NCBI GenBank assembly: GCA_012862495.1
Contig: BLSG01000235.1
Span: 206,152 to 262,447, forward strand
DNA length: 56,296 nucleotides
Source of the DNA: Thraustochytrium aureum
Lineage: Eukaryota
Direction of reading: 5' to 3'
A model generated the notes under the pieces. It was not told where the DNA came from. It worked only from the letters and a program-made list of their open reading frames with translations, and searched no databases. Position numbers and translations under genes: made by a program. Of this stretch, positions 1 to 9,812 are shown one piece after another (position 1 is the first letter of the stretch; each line of letters begins with the position of its first letter).

Positions 1-1798
1 TGAGGAAAGTCACAGACCATTCGTACCCACCGTTCTGGTCTGGGGCGCTGCGCGTGACGTCGACTTCGCCGACCGTGATCAGCGCCTGGATGGCGTCCTT
101 AACTTGCTGCGCCGAGGCAGCCGCGCTGAGGTACCCCGTCCACTGACCCTCGTAGGAGAGAGCGAAATGTCCGTCAAGCGTTTCAGACGTCCCAGCTGTG
201 ACGGTTGCGACCGCGACCGAGCCGTCCGACACCGAGCTCGATGCGACAAGAAGCATGCCCGTCAGGTTTCCAGCGTTTGAGTCGAAAGTGAGATGAAGCG
301 TGCACGCGCCCGTTGGCACAGCCGTTGAAGTGACAGCCACGGAGAGCGGGCCGACGGTGGCCAGGCCTTCGAGCTGGGTCTCAACCTGCGAGGCCAGCTG
401 ATCGCAGTCTCCTGCGTGGTTGGCCGTAATCGGGTCGGTCGTGGCGGCACCAAACGAGAGCTGGAATGCCCCAGCAATCGCTGTCCCGCCGCTTGCCGTC
501 GTCGCGAGCTCAAACACGTGCTGGACCGTGCCCTTGTGCACCTCGGCAACAGAAACGGTTGCATCTGTGCCAGTGAGGCTGTGCGTGGCGACGTCGAACG
601 CGCCAATATCGCCTGTCGCTGAAACAAAAGTGACCAACCACGTGCGCCCGAGGTTGCGGTCCGGCCCGGTCGCTAGGCGGACTTGCACGTCGCCAAGCGG
701 AGCCAGCTTGCTCTTCAAGAGCTCTGCAGACGCGTCGAAAGGGATTCCTGTCGCGCGCTGTCCGCCAAGCTCGACCTCAAAGGTGCCCCCGATCTGGTTG
801 CCTCGGACCGAAGAAACGCCATCGCAAGGCGGCGTCGAGCTACCCGCCGTGCAGACGGTGGCGCGAGCTCCAGCTCCGGTCAGAAGCGTGTCGTCGGCGA
901 CCAGATCATCGAGCGCTCCGGCATTCTGGTCGGAGACAAAGGTGACAGTCCAGGCGAACCCGTTTTCGCCATCTGGCGCGCTCCTGACCACGTCGACGTT
1001 GCCAACGGTCGGGAGGGCCTCGAGGGCGCTCTTGACCTCGGCTTCGGTTGCGTCATAGTCGAGCGGGGCGGTTTCCGAGCCGCCGAAAGCGAGTGTAAAC
1101 CTGCCCCCGATCTCGTTGCCCTGGACCAGGGTTGCGGTCTGCACGATCGCGCCAGTGCCAATGAGCTCATTGGTGCCCTGGGTCATTTGCGGCAAGTCGC
1201 CGTCCATGTCGTCAAAGGTGATGGTCCACGTCAGGGCGCCGCCGGGGCCAGCGGTCCGCGTCACCGTCACCGTTCCATCGACGTTGGGCATTGCTTCAAG
1301 GATCTCCTGCATGGATGTGCGCGAGTTGCTGCTATCCGCGGCGGTCGCAACTGCGTTGTACATAATATATCCAGACGTGTGGATGCTACCGCCCTGCGCG
1401 GTCGTGTCCAGGGTCACGGTGAACCAGCCGCCGTCCACGGAGGGTGCACCAGACACTGCGATCGTTTGCACTTCGCGCACCTGCGTGGCAGTGGTGCGGA
1501 TCACCTGGACTTCATCGACGTGCGTGGCAGAGGTCGTGATGGCCTGCACCTCGTTCGGGCCCAAGAATACGTCTGTCTTGACAACCTGCACCTCGCGAGT
1601 GCCAGGCTCCGTGTCCCACTTGACCGTGTAGCTCGTCACCTCGCTCCCTCCGTCGCTGAGCGGCGGCGCCCACGACACGGCGAGCGCCTCGCCCGAGACT
1701 CGTTCGAGAGCAACGTCCGTGGGCCGCCCTGGCGCGGCCGCAGCGGCCACGGCCAGGACGGCCGCCACCACGACGAGCCACAGCGCCATCATCATCAT
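1..1798 (-). CDS. Large secreted/surface protein, N-terminal part (runs off window): signal peptide, FN3-like start and repeated beta-rich modules
   Basis: Not in the ORF track because it has no stop in the window. My translation from ATG 1798 reads MMMMALWLVVVAAVLAVAAAAAPGRPTDVALERVSGEALAVSWAPPLSDGGSEVTSYTVKWD (signal peptide plus FN3-like), then EVQ repeats and repeated G-x-F-x-L...LEALP.VG.V.V.R....G..WTVTF modules. The frame stays open to base 2. Confidence 0.85.
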   Translation of the reverse strand, partial: MMMMALWLVVVAAVLAVAAAAAPGRPTDVALERVSGEALAVSWAPPLSDGGSEVTSYTVKWDTEPGTREVQVVKTDVFLGPNEVQAITTSATHVDEVQVIRTTATQVREVQTIAVSGAPSVDGGWFTVTLDTTAQGGSIHTSGYIMYNAVATAADSSNSRTSMQEILEAMPNVDGTVTVTRTAGPGGALTWTITFDDMDGDLPQMTQGTNELIGTGAIVQTATLVQGNEIGGRFTLAFGGSETAPLDYDATEAEVKSALEALPTVGNVDVVRSAPDGENGFAWTVTFVSDQNAGALDDLVADDTLLTGAGARATVCTAGSSTPPCDGVSSVRGNQIGGTFEVELGGQRATGIPFDASAELLKSKLAPLGDVQVRLATGPDRNLGRTWLVTFVSATGDIGAFDVATHSLTGTDATVSVAEVHKGTVQHVFELATTASGGTAIAGAFQLSFGAATTDPITANHAGDCDQLASQVETQLEGLATVGPLSVAVTSTAVPTGACTLHLTFDSNAGNLTGMLLVASSSVSDGSVAVATVTAGTSETLDGHFALSYEGQWTGYLSAAASAQQVKDAIQALITVGEVDVTRSAPDQNGGYEWSVTFL

Positions 1799-1887
1799 CC
1801 CCGCGCCTCAGTCCTCCTCCTCTTCCTCGTCTCTCGCCCGCCTTCTCCGCCTCCCTTGCGTTCGCGTCTGGCTGGCCGCCAAGCACT

Positions 1888-1933
1888 GCCTGCCTGCCTG
1901 CCTGCCTGCCTCCCTGCCTGCCTGCCTGCCTGC
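1888..1933. repeat. (CCTG)n microsatellite upstream of the FN3 gene
   Basis: Visible tandem CCTG/GCCT run. Confidence 0.9.
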
Positions 1934-2852
1934 CTCCTGAGGCCCTCCTCCTCGCCCGACGTCCTCGGGGTCTGCTCGACCCTTTCTTTCCTTGCACCTG
2001 GACCCGCGCGAACGAGTCCCACTCACTCCACTACACTACGAGGACTAGCTGCTAGTAAATACATGCATCTTCCACCTTAGATCCACGTACGGCTCAGCGC
2101 CATCCGCCCGTCCCATCGGGCGCCATGTCCACTCATAGATGTTTCGCCCCGCTTCTCACCCGTTCAATGCGAGCACAACCTCCTTGAGGCAGGCAGGACA
2201 CGTGGATGCCACTCCGCGACGCACCCCATCGGTCGACTCGCGGAGGAGGGAGGCTGGCTGGCGGGCGCATCAACTGCAGCGGCGCTGCTGGCGGCGAGTC
2301 GATCCACCAGGCCGGCTGAGGATGGCTGGCCGGCTCATCAACGGCAGAGGCGCTGGCGTCAACTTGCTCGGAGCATCTGGACCCTGGCCGGCCTTCGTCC
2401 AGACCGCGCAGGAGGTCGGTGGGTGCGGATGCCGTGGACTCTTTTGGTGAGAGGCTGCCATGGCGCTGAACGGGCCAGAACGCTCGAGAATGCTCTTGGG
2501 GGATTTGCTTTCAATCGAGATGACAGAGCGACAAACACGATTGCCGCCGGCAACGCCCTGCCAGTGCACGACGCTCTCGAGCCGCCGGCGCCGCCCGCCA
2601 CTGTTGTGCAAACAAGGCGCAGCCCACGTGCGCGCGTTGGCCGAGAAACACAGGTGTTGGTGCTTCCCACGGCAAAACAAGCAGAGCAGCTCGACGCGGA
2701 GCGGACCGGCCAGCCAGCCGACCGACGCCAGCCTCAGTCAGCAAGGCCGCTGCATGCGTTCGTCCGTTGGAGCACGCAGGCAGGCAGGCGACCGCAGGAG
2801 AAATCTCTGCAGCAGCATCGCGCGCGCAACGGACGAGCACTACACCCTCGTC

Positions 2853-3361
2853 AAACCCTCTACGATGGATTTCTCCGGTCTTGATTCTTCGACGAAAAAA
2901 TTTCCCTCCGAACGCATGGATTTGCGGGGCCCAGGATACAGAGGGGCAAGGTGGTTTTGATTTTTGATTTGCGGGGCCCAGGGAACAGAGGGGCAAGGTG
3001 GTTTTGATTTGATTTGCGGGCCCAGGGAACAGAGAACAATACAGCGGGTCACCAAGAGGAGGAGGGACAGAGGCCAGCTGCGGGGTGCGCACTGTCCCTC
3101 TGTTGTGTATAGAGGGACGGCGGCAGCTGCCCCGCAGTTCATGCTGTCCCTCTGTTCGTTAAATCGATTAAATCCCAAGGCAGTTGTCGTTCCCTCTGTT
3201 TACAATAGAGGGACATCGCGCGGCCGCCCCGCAGTTACTTACAACGCCCCTCTGTTTATAACAGAGTTAAAATAGAGGGGCATGGTTTGCACGAACGTCC
3301 CTCTGTTTGCTACTTCTAGCGTCCCTCTGTTTTATTTTTATAATAAAAAATAGAGGGGTTT
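2853..3361. repeat. AT-richer non-coding element with ~47 bp tandem repeats and arrayed inverted CCCTCT/AGAGGG motifs; possible MITE or transposon end
   Basis: GATTTGCGGGGCCCAGG..ACAGAGGGGCAAGGTGGTTTT occurs about 2.5 times (2919-3034). CCCTCTGTT...TAGAGGG palindromic pairs recur at 3094-3358. The ends AAACCCTCTA (2853) and TAGAGGGGTTT (3351-3361) are near-inverted. Confidence 0.6.
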
Positions 3362-3903
3362 AGGCCTGTTACGGCCCTGGGGACCATCGACCGACCGACC
3401 GCCTGGGGTTGGCGCGCGTGTTGGAGAGGTCCGGGCCACGCAGGAGGCGCGCGATTGGGCCCGCTGCTGCAGCAGGAGACCGCAGATCCTGTGCACCTCC
3501 CTTATCGTTTTGTTTTGTTTTGCGTTTAGGTCACGTTTGGGTGGTTTACTTTGCGATGTTTCAATCAAGATCACAAACAAAAAACAAGTGGCGGATCCCT
3601 CCCTCCCTTGATGACAGCGGATGACGAGGCAGTCTCGTTGCGTGTATTGGTTTGGCGCACTGCAGGCGCATGAACGCGCCAATGAAGGGGTGGGCGATGG
3701 GCGGGTTGGGGTGGCGTCAGAATTCAGATGTCGCTCGGACGGAATGCCGCAAGTCGGCCTGCATCGCCGAGGAAAGAGTGGGGCCATCCATCCAAAGCGG
3801 GCCGCCCGCCGCCAAGCCCTGTTTCGTGGACGCGCAGTCCCCATTCTTGCTCTCTAGAGAATCGCGCCGTTGAGCGCAGCAAGCGGCCGGCACGACGCGA
3901 GAG

Positions 3904-6898
3904 ATGATGGAGAAGCGCCGCATTCAACAAGGCCGCGTGGACGACCTCGTCCTCGTCGACGAGGTTACCGAAGACGCCATCTTGGACACGCTGCGACGAC
4001 GGTTTGAGGCTCACAGCATCTACACGTACATCGGCCAGGTGCTCTTATCCGTCAACCCGTTCAAGCAAGTGCCAAACCTGTACGGCCCTGAGGTGACCCG
4101 CGGCTACATCGGCAAAAGCACCTTCGAGTTGCCGCCCCACGTTTACGCGATCGCCGAAAACGCGTACCGATCTTTGCGCCGCACGGGCGAAAAGCAGTGC
4201 ATTCTCGTGTCCGGCGAATCTGGCGCTGGCAAGACGGAGGCCGCGAAGAAGCTGCTAGAGTACATTGCCGAGGTGAGCTCGCTGGAGCCCGGGGCGCCCG
4301 AGCCGAATGCGCCTCATGGTCGCGGCCCGCAGAACCGTCACGACGTGAAGCGAGCGCTACTGAACAGCAACCCGGTGCTCGAGTCGTTCGGGAACGCCAA
4401 AACGATTCGGAACGACAACTCGAGCCGGTTCGGCAAGTACATGGAGATCTGCTTCGACGCAGCAGGGGCGCCCGTCGCCGGCAAGCTGTCCAACTACCTC
4501 TTGGAAAACCCCCGCGTCGTGAGCCAAGGCGAAGGGGAGCAAAACTACCACGTCTTTTACATCCTACTTGAAGGCATGCCGAACGCCGACCGCGGCAAGC
4601 TCATGCTCTGCGAGGGGTGGACGCCTCCAAGTTCGCTTACTTGGGCAACAGGAGTCGCGAGTCCCGCGCGGGCGTGGACTTTAGAGCCCTCTGTGACGCG
4701 ATGCGCACCGTTGGGTTCAGCGAGGGACAGCAGCTTGACTTATTCCGCACTTGCGCAGCGATTCTCTGGCTCGGCAATATCGAGTTCGAGGAGGACCTAC
4801 AGGCCGGCGGGGCGAGCGGTCGTGTGGGCAGCAAGCCGTCCGCGGCCCCGGCGTCGGGCCACGCGCTGAAGAACGCCGCAGCGCTCCTCGGCGTGCCCAC
4901 CAAAGACCTCGCCCAGGTGCTCGTCGAGCGCAAGATTGTCACTGGCGGCGACACGATGAGTCGCGTTCTCCGGCGCGACGAGGCACACAAAACGCGCGAT
5001 GCTTTGGCCAAGGCGCTCTACGGTCGCGCCTTCCAGCGCCTGGTCGAGTGGATCAACGTCGCCGTCGCTGACCCCTCTCGCGAAAAAGCACATCGCGACC
5101 ATCCTCCCGGGTACCGGCCCTACGAGCCCGCGGGGCTGAGCGACGGGTACAGCGAAACGATCGGCGTGCTTGACATCTACGGCTTTGAAATCTTTGAGCA
5201 GAACAGCTTCGAGCAGCTCTGCATCAACTACTGCAACGAAAAGCTGCACCAGCTATTCATCGAACTCACCCTCCGTGCCGAGCAGGACGAGTACGCGGCG
5301 GAGGAGATCCCCTGGGAGCACATCGAATTCACCAACAACAAGCCGGTGTGCGACCTGATCGAGCAGAAGCAACGCTCGCAGCCTGGCGTGCTGGCCCTCC
5401 TTGACGAAGAGTGCTCGCTTCTCGGCCGCGTAGACGACCTCACGCTCGTCAGCAAACTCGACAAAACGCTGCGCACGCACCCGCACTACGTGGAGATCAA
5501 GACTAGTCCAGAGCACTTCACCATCAAGCACTACGCGGGCGAGGTCAAGTACAACGCGGTCGGCTTTCTGGACAAAAACAAGGACACTTTGTTCAGGGAC
5601 CTCGTGGAGCTGCTCGGAACTGCCTCAAACGCGTTCGTCAAGGACCTCTTTCCGGAAGCCAAGGCGGAGCGCGACCAGAAAAAGCCGCCCACTGCGGCCT
5701 CGCAGTTCAAATCGCAAATGAATGACCTCATCGCCTCGTTGCAGCGGTGCAATCCAAGTTACATCCGCTGCATCAAAAGCAACGACGACAAAGCCGCCGG
5801 CGTCTTTCACGCAGAGCGGTGCCGGGAGCAGATCCGATACCTTGGGATTCTCGAAAACGTCAAGGTGCGCCGCCTCGGGTACGCGCACCGCATGCAGCTG
5901 CACGAGTTTGCTACCAAGTACAAGATGCTCGCCAAGGAGACATGGCCGCGCAACTCGGGCGACGACCGTGCCGATACGCGAGCCATCATGGCTTCAATCA
6001 ACTGCGACGGCGAAGGCTACAGGCTCGGGCTTACAAAGGTCTTCATTCGCAAGCCAATGACCCTCTTTGCCCTCGAAGACGCGCGCGAGGTGCGGCTGCA
6101 CGCGCTCGCCACGTCGGTGCAGGTCTGCTTTCGACAGTACAAGGCCCGCAAACTCCTCAAGCAACTGCGTGAGAAAGCGATCTGCCTGTTCACCAACGCC
6201 AAGCGGCGCGGCGTATCCTTCCGGTTCTACTTTTGCGGCGACTACGTCCACGCGCGGGACAATCCGGTCGTGCGCAAGGTCACGTGGGGGAGCGTCTCCT
6301 CTTTGCCGACTCCGTCACAAAGTTCAGCCGCTCGTGCAAGGCACAGCAGCGGCTCTGCGTACTCACCGACAAGGCGCTGCACTTGTTTCACCTCCGCAAG
6401 TCCTCGCCTGGAAGGCCCCTCGACGTTCTCGCGCCAGCGCGCCGCGGCTCGATTGCGTTGGCCGACCTCTCGAAGGCGACGCTCAGCTCGTTTGCGGACG
6501 GCTTTGTTGCGCTCGAGGTGAGCAGTGGCAAGAAGCCAAGTGTCTTCATCCACTCGAGGCGCAAGGCCGAGGTCATCACGCTCCTCAAGGACCACATCGT
6601 GGATTTCACCGTCGCGTTCAGCGACCGATTCGAGTTTGTCTCGAGCAAGCCGAGTCTTTTCCACTCGTCCTCGTCCCTTCAAGTTGAGACCAAGGTGGTG
6701 TCGTTTGAGGAGGTATCAACCGAAGTGCCGCAGCCCATACCTCGTATTGCGGTGCGTCGAAGCAAGAGCGAGGCACCGACGATCCAAGTCTTCTTGACTC
6801 CAACGCTGGGCTCGAGGGCTCTCATCCAGCCGAGCAATAATGTTGCCAATGCTGAGCAAAGCCGGACCGGAGGCCATGCCCACGTCGCGGCGTGCTAG
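3904..6898 (+). CDS. Class I myosin (motor, IQ, TH1 tail); split over three frames by two 1-nt frameshifts
   Basis: P-loop GESGAGKT, LESFGNAKTIRNDNSSRFGKY, IGVLDIYGFEIF, NSFEQLCINYCNEKL, YIRCIKSN, TKVFIRKP, an IQ-like VQVCFRQY, and TH1-like ERLLFADSVTKFSR. Frames join at G runs 4614-4617 and 6286-6290. Confidence 0.93.
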
Positions 6899-7047
6899 CG
6901 CTGAGGTGGGCCGGTTTTCTGGACAGGCCTTCTCGGGAGTCTGCCGACAAGAGCGGGGACGTTGGGTAGGTAGCAAGCACTCTGAACATATTTTTTTGGT
7001 TGAAACGATCCTGTTCGCTCTCCTTCGCTCTGCAGTCGCAACAGCGC

Positions 7048-8850
7048 CTAGACCAGCTGCAGAAAGTCCACGGGAGCAAGATCGGAGTCTGCTAGTGAAC
7101 GGGCCTGGGCATCGCTTGCAGTCCCGATGCTCTGGCACGGAAGCGACATCGACCTTCGAATATCCGCCTCATCGACGCCGACGCAAGTCTGCCCTGCCCC
7201 CGCGCTCGCCGTTGGGCCCGACCCGACCCACATTGACCTCGGTCTTGCAAGCGAGAAAGCGCCAAAGTCAGGCGACTTTGACTCCTCGTTGTAGCCGACG
7301 GAAGAACACAACAGCTCGGCCTTCTCCTTGTCGATGAAGGCCGAGGCGCCGCTCTCCTCCACCTCAGCCAGCTCGTCGTCACCTACCGGTACAGACTGAA
7401 GGCGAGGTCCAGAAAAACCCGACTTTGCAGCCCCAACTCTCGTGAGGGCAGCGTCAATTGGTACGGTCGAAGGGCGCTCGTTCTCCTGCTCCTCGAGCGC
7501 CCAGGACACGGCTGCGAGGTTGACGGAGGCCGTTTCAGAAAGCACGGCCTCGTTAATAAGCTTGTTGACCTTGTCGATCCACCGCTGCGCCCTTGCGCGC
7601 TCCGACTCATCGTCGGAAATGGCCAGCTTGCGCAGCGCCAGCCCGAGCGCTTCGTCAAGCTGGCCGAGCCGGAGGCAAAAGAAAACGCCGTTGCTGATTG
7701 TGAGCGACTCGAGCTGCTTGTCTTTAACAGACCTGAACAGCGTTAAGCTGCGCCGGAAGAGAGCAAGGGCGTCCACAAAGCCGCCTTCACGCGCATAGAG
7801 AACGCCCAGATTGGCGTTGGCGCGCCCTTCCACAACGCGGTTGCCCTTGAGCTGGGCGACGGCAAGCGCGTCCAGCAAAAGGTGTTTGGCCTTGGTCTGT
7901 TCACGGCGCTTGAGCTGCTCAATCCCACGAACGAGCAAAGCGCGCTCGTCTTGCTCTGCGGTGGCTGTATCGGCAGATTGTGCTGCAAGTCCCCGGAGCT
8001 GCGGCGCCGGCTCCAGCATCAAGCACTGGCTTTCTTCCTCCTCGAGCGCCGACGCGAGATGGGCGGTTTGCCCCGTCAGCTTCTCCGTTGGAACTCCAGA
8101 TTGGCCACAGCTGCCCTGACCTTGGTGGCCCAGGACGCACTGTGCGGGCTCTGCTCCTGGCGCACCTCGATTTTGCTTCGCAATAAGACGGGCAGAGAAT
8201 GCGCGTTTTTTCAGCACCGCCAAGTTGAGGACCGCGCGCCGCCGCTCGCTTAGCAACTCGTCGAGCTCCAGTTTGATCTGGTAGTTGGCCCTTTCAAGCT
8301 CTTCTGCCCACAGGGCACGTCGCTGGAGCCTGGCCAAGTCTTCGGCGCGTAAAACTGCTGACTCGGTTCGTTCCAACTCGCCTTGTGGCAAGCGCCNNNN
8401 NNNNNNNNNNNNNNNNNNNNNNNNNNNNNNNNNNNNNNNNNNNNNNNNNNNNNNNNNNNNNNNNNNNNNNNNNNNNNNNNNNNNNNNNNNNNNNNNNNNN
8501 NNNNNNNNNNNNNNNNNNNNNNNNNNNNNNNNNNNNNGGCCGACTCCGCCATGGCGCGGCGTGTGGCCGCGCACTCGCGGCGTTGCCCTTGGCTTGTCAA
8601 GCCGCGCCATTGTACCGTCTGACCGCCGCGGGGGGCTCGAGCTACTCTGAAGGGTTCTCGGTGAGCCGCGCGATGTGCGAGTAGAGCGCAAGGACCCAAA
8701 CGAGCGCCGCGAGCTGGGTCGGAGCAAGCTCGGGCGGCCCAGGACAGCTTGGCCGTCTTCCTCTCCAGATAGGCTCCCGTCAGAGACAAAGTCGTCCACG
8801 CTGTCGATCAGCGAGGCATCCTCGCCGGCGTCGAAGAGCCACGCGTCCAT
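7048..8850 (-). CDS. Coiled-coil plus TPR-repeat protein (gap at 8397-8537)
   Basis: TPR-like EGRANANLGVLYAREGGFVDALALFRRSL and LGQLDEALGLALRKLAI. Continuity across the gap is assumed. Confidence 0.7.
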   Translation of the reverse strand: MDAWLFDAGEDASLIDSVDDFVSDGSLSGEEDGQAVLGRPSLLRPSSRRSFGSLRSTRTSRGSPRTLQSSSSPPRRSDGTMARLDKPRATPRVRGHTPRHGGVGXXXXXXXXXXXXXXXXXXXXXXXXXXXXXXXXXXXXXXXXXXXXXXXXRLPQGELERTESAVLRAEDLARLQRRALWAEELERANYQIKLELDELLSERRRAVLNLAVLKKRAFSARLIAKQNRGAPGAEPAQCVLGHQGQGSCGQSGVPTEKLTGQTAHLASALEEEESQCLMLEPAPQLRGLAAQSADTATAEQDERALLVRGIEQLKRREQTKAKHLLLDALAVAQLKGNRVVEGRANANLGVLYAREGGFVDALALFRRSLTLFRSVKDKQLESLTISNGVFFCLRLGQLDEALGLALRKLAISDDESERARAQRWIDKVNKLINEAVLSETASVNLAAVSWALEEQENERPSTVPIDAALTRVGAAKSGFSGPRLQSVPVGDDELAEVEESGASAFIDKEKAELLCSSVGYNEESKSPDFGAFSLARPRSMWVGSGPTASAGAGQTCVGVDEADIRRSMSLPCQSIGTASDAQARSLADSDLAPVDFLQLV

Positions 8851-9812
8851 CTCGACTCGTTGGCGTCGTGCTCGCGGCGAAACGCAGTTGCAAAAGCCAA
8901 ACGATTGGGTTTTGCACGAGCTAGTTTGCCCTCACCTTGTTTTAACGTCCGTGCGGACGTTGGCGTTGTGTTTGCGAAAACGAGAAGACGAAAGGGCGTG
9001 CCTTAGGCGCCGTTCGAATGTAAAGAGAAAGTCACTTGCGCTCCTAGCAGGGCCTTCCAAGTCGCGAAGCTCCCTTGCGCTTGCACAGCATATTAACTGC
9101 CCAGGTCAAGTTTCGCTGGCAACTCTCCGTCGTGCGTTGGGAGGGAATCGCTGCGAGAACGATGCCTCTGTGGAATCGACAGACCCGCGCAGGAGGAAGC
9201 CAACCGCTCGCTCTGCGCGTGTTTGTCCTGAAGTGCGGCGATCGTCGTTTCGGTGCACGCGCCACGACGCGACGACTGGAAAAACTCGAACAACTCTCTC
9301 CGGGCTGAGCTCTGGGAGAAGCAGACGAAGACGAAGAAGAAGAAAGAAAAAAATCGCCCTCGGAGCGCAACGCGTGCTGCCTTCTTTTGAGGCCCGAGCC
9401 TGTAGCCGGCCAACGAACACCCGCCTCGCTCTCCTCGCCAAAGACCGGAGAGTGCAGCTCGACTCCACGACCGATCCGTTGCAATGAGAGGGCAAGTCAA
9501 CGGATCCAACGGATACCTGGCCTGCCACGTGCCCGTTTTCTGCCTTTCGCGTCGTGGCAGGGCGGCGCGTGCCGCCCCCGCTCCCTGAACGCTGCGTGGC
9601 TGCCACCGCGGCTTGCTAGCTGCGGTTTGGCTTCGGTCCGCCCTGGCCAAACCCGGGATGTGTGGCACAACAGAGTACTACATGCTAACCGCGACGAGTC
9701 CAAGGACTCGACGCCGCATCGAGATAGCGTTCGAATGCCCATGCTCGAGGGCTGAGCACCTGTGCTTGCCGACGGCGCGTGCGGCGGCCGTGCCGCTTGG
9801 CGCCGGCGGGCG

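Noticed and set aside
420..2080. Long plus-strand ORFs (212, 465 and 171 aa)
   Set aside because: Antisense shadows of the minus-strand surface-protein gene in GC-rich DNA.
2838..2843. CACTAC as a CACTA transposon terminus
   Set aside because: No matching TAGTG end with a 3-bp TSD was found near the other side of the array.
2919..3358. CRISPR-like reading of the repeat array
   Set aside because: The repeats are short, degenerate and in both orientations, with no constant-length unique spacers, no cas genes and a eukaryotic context.
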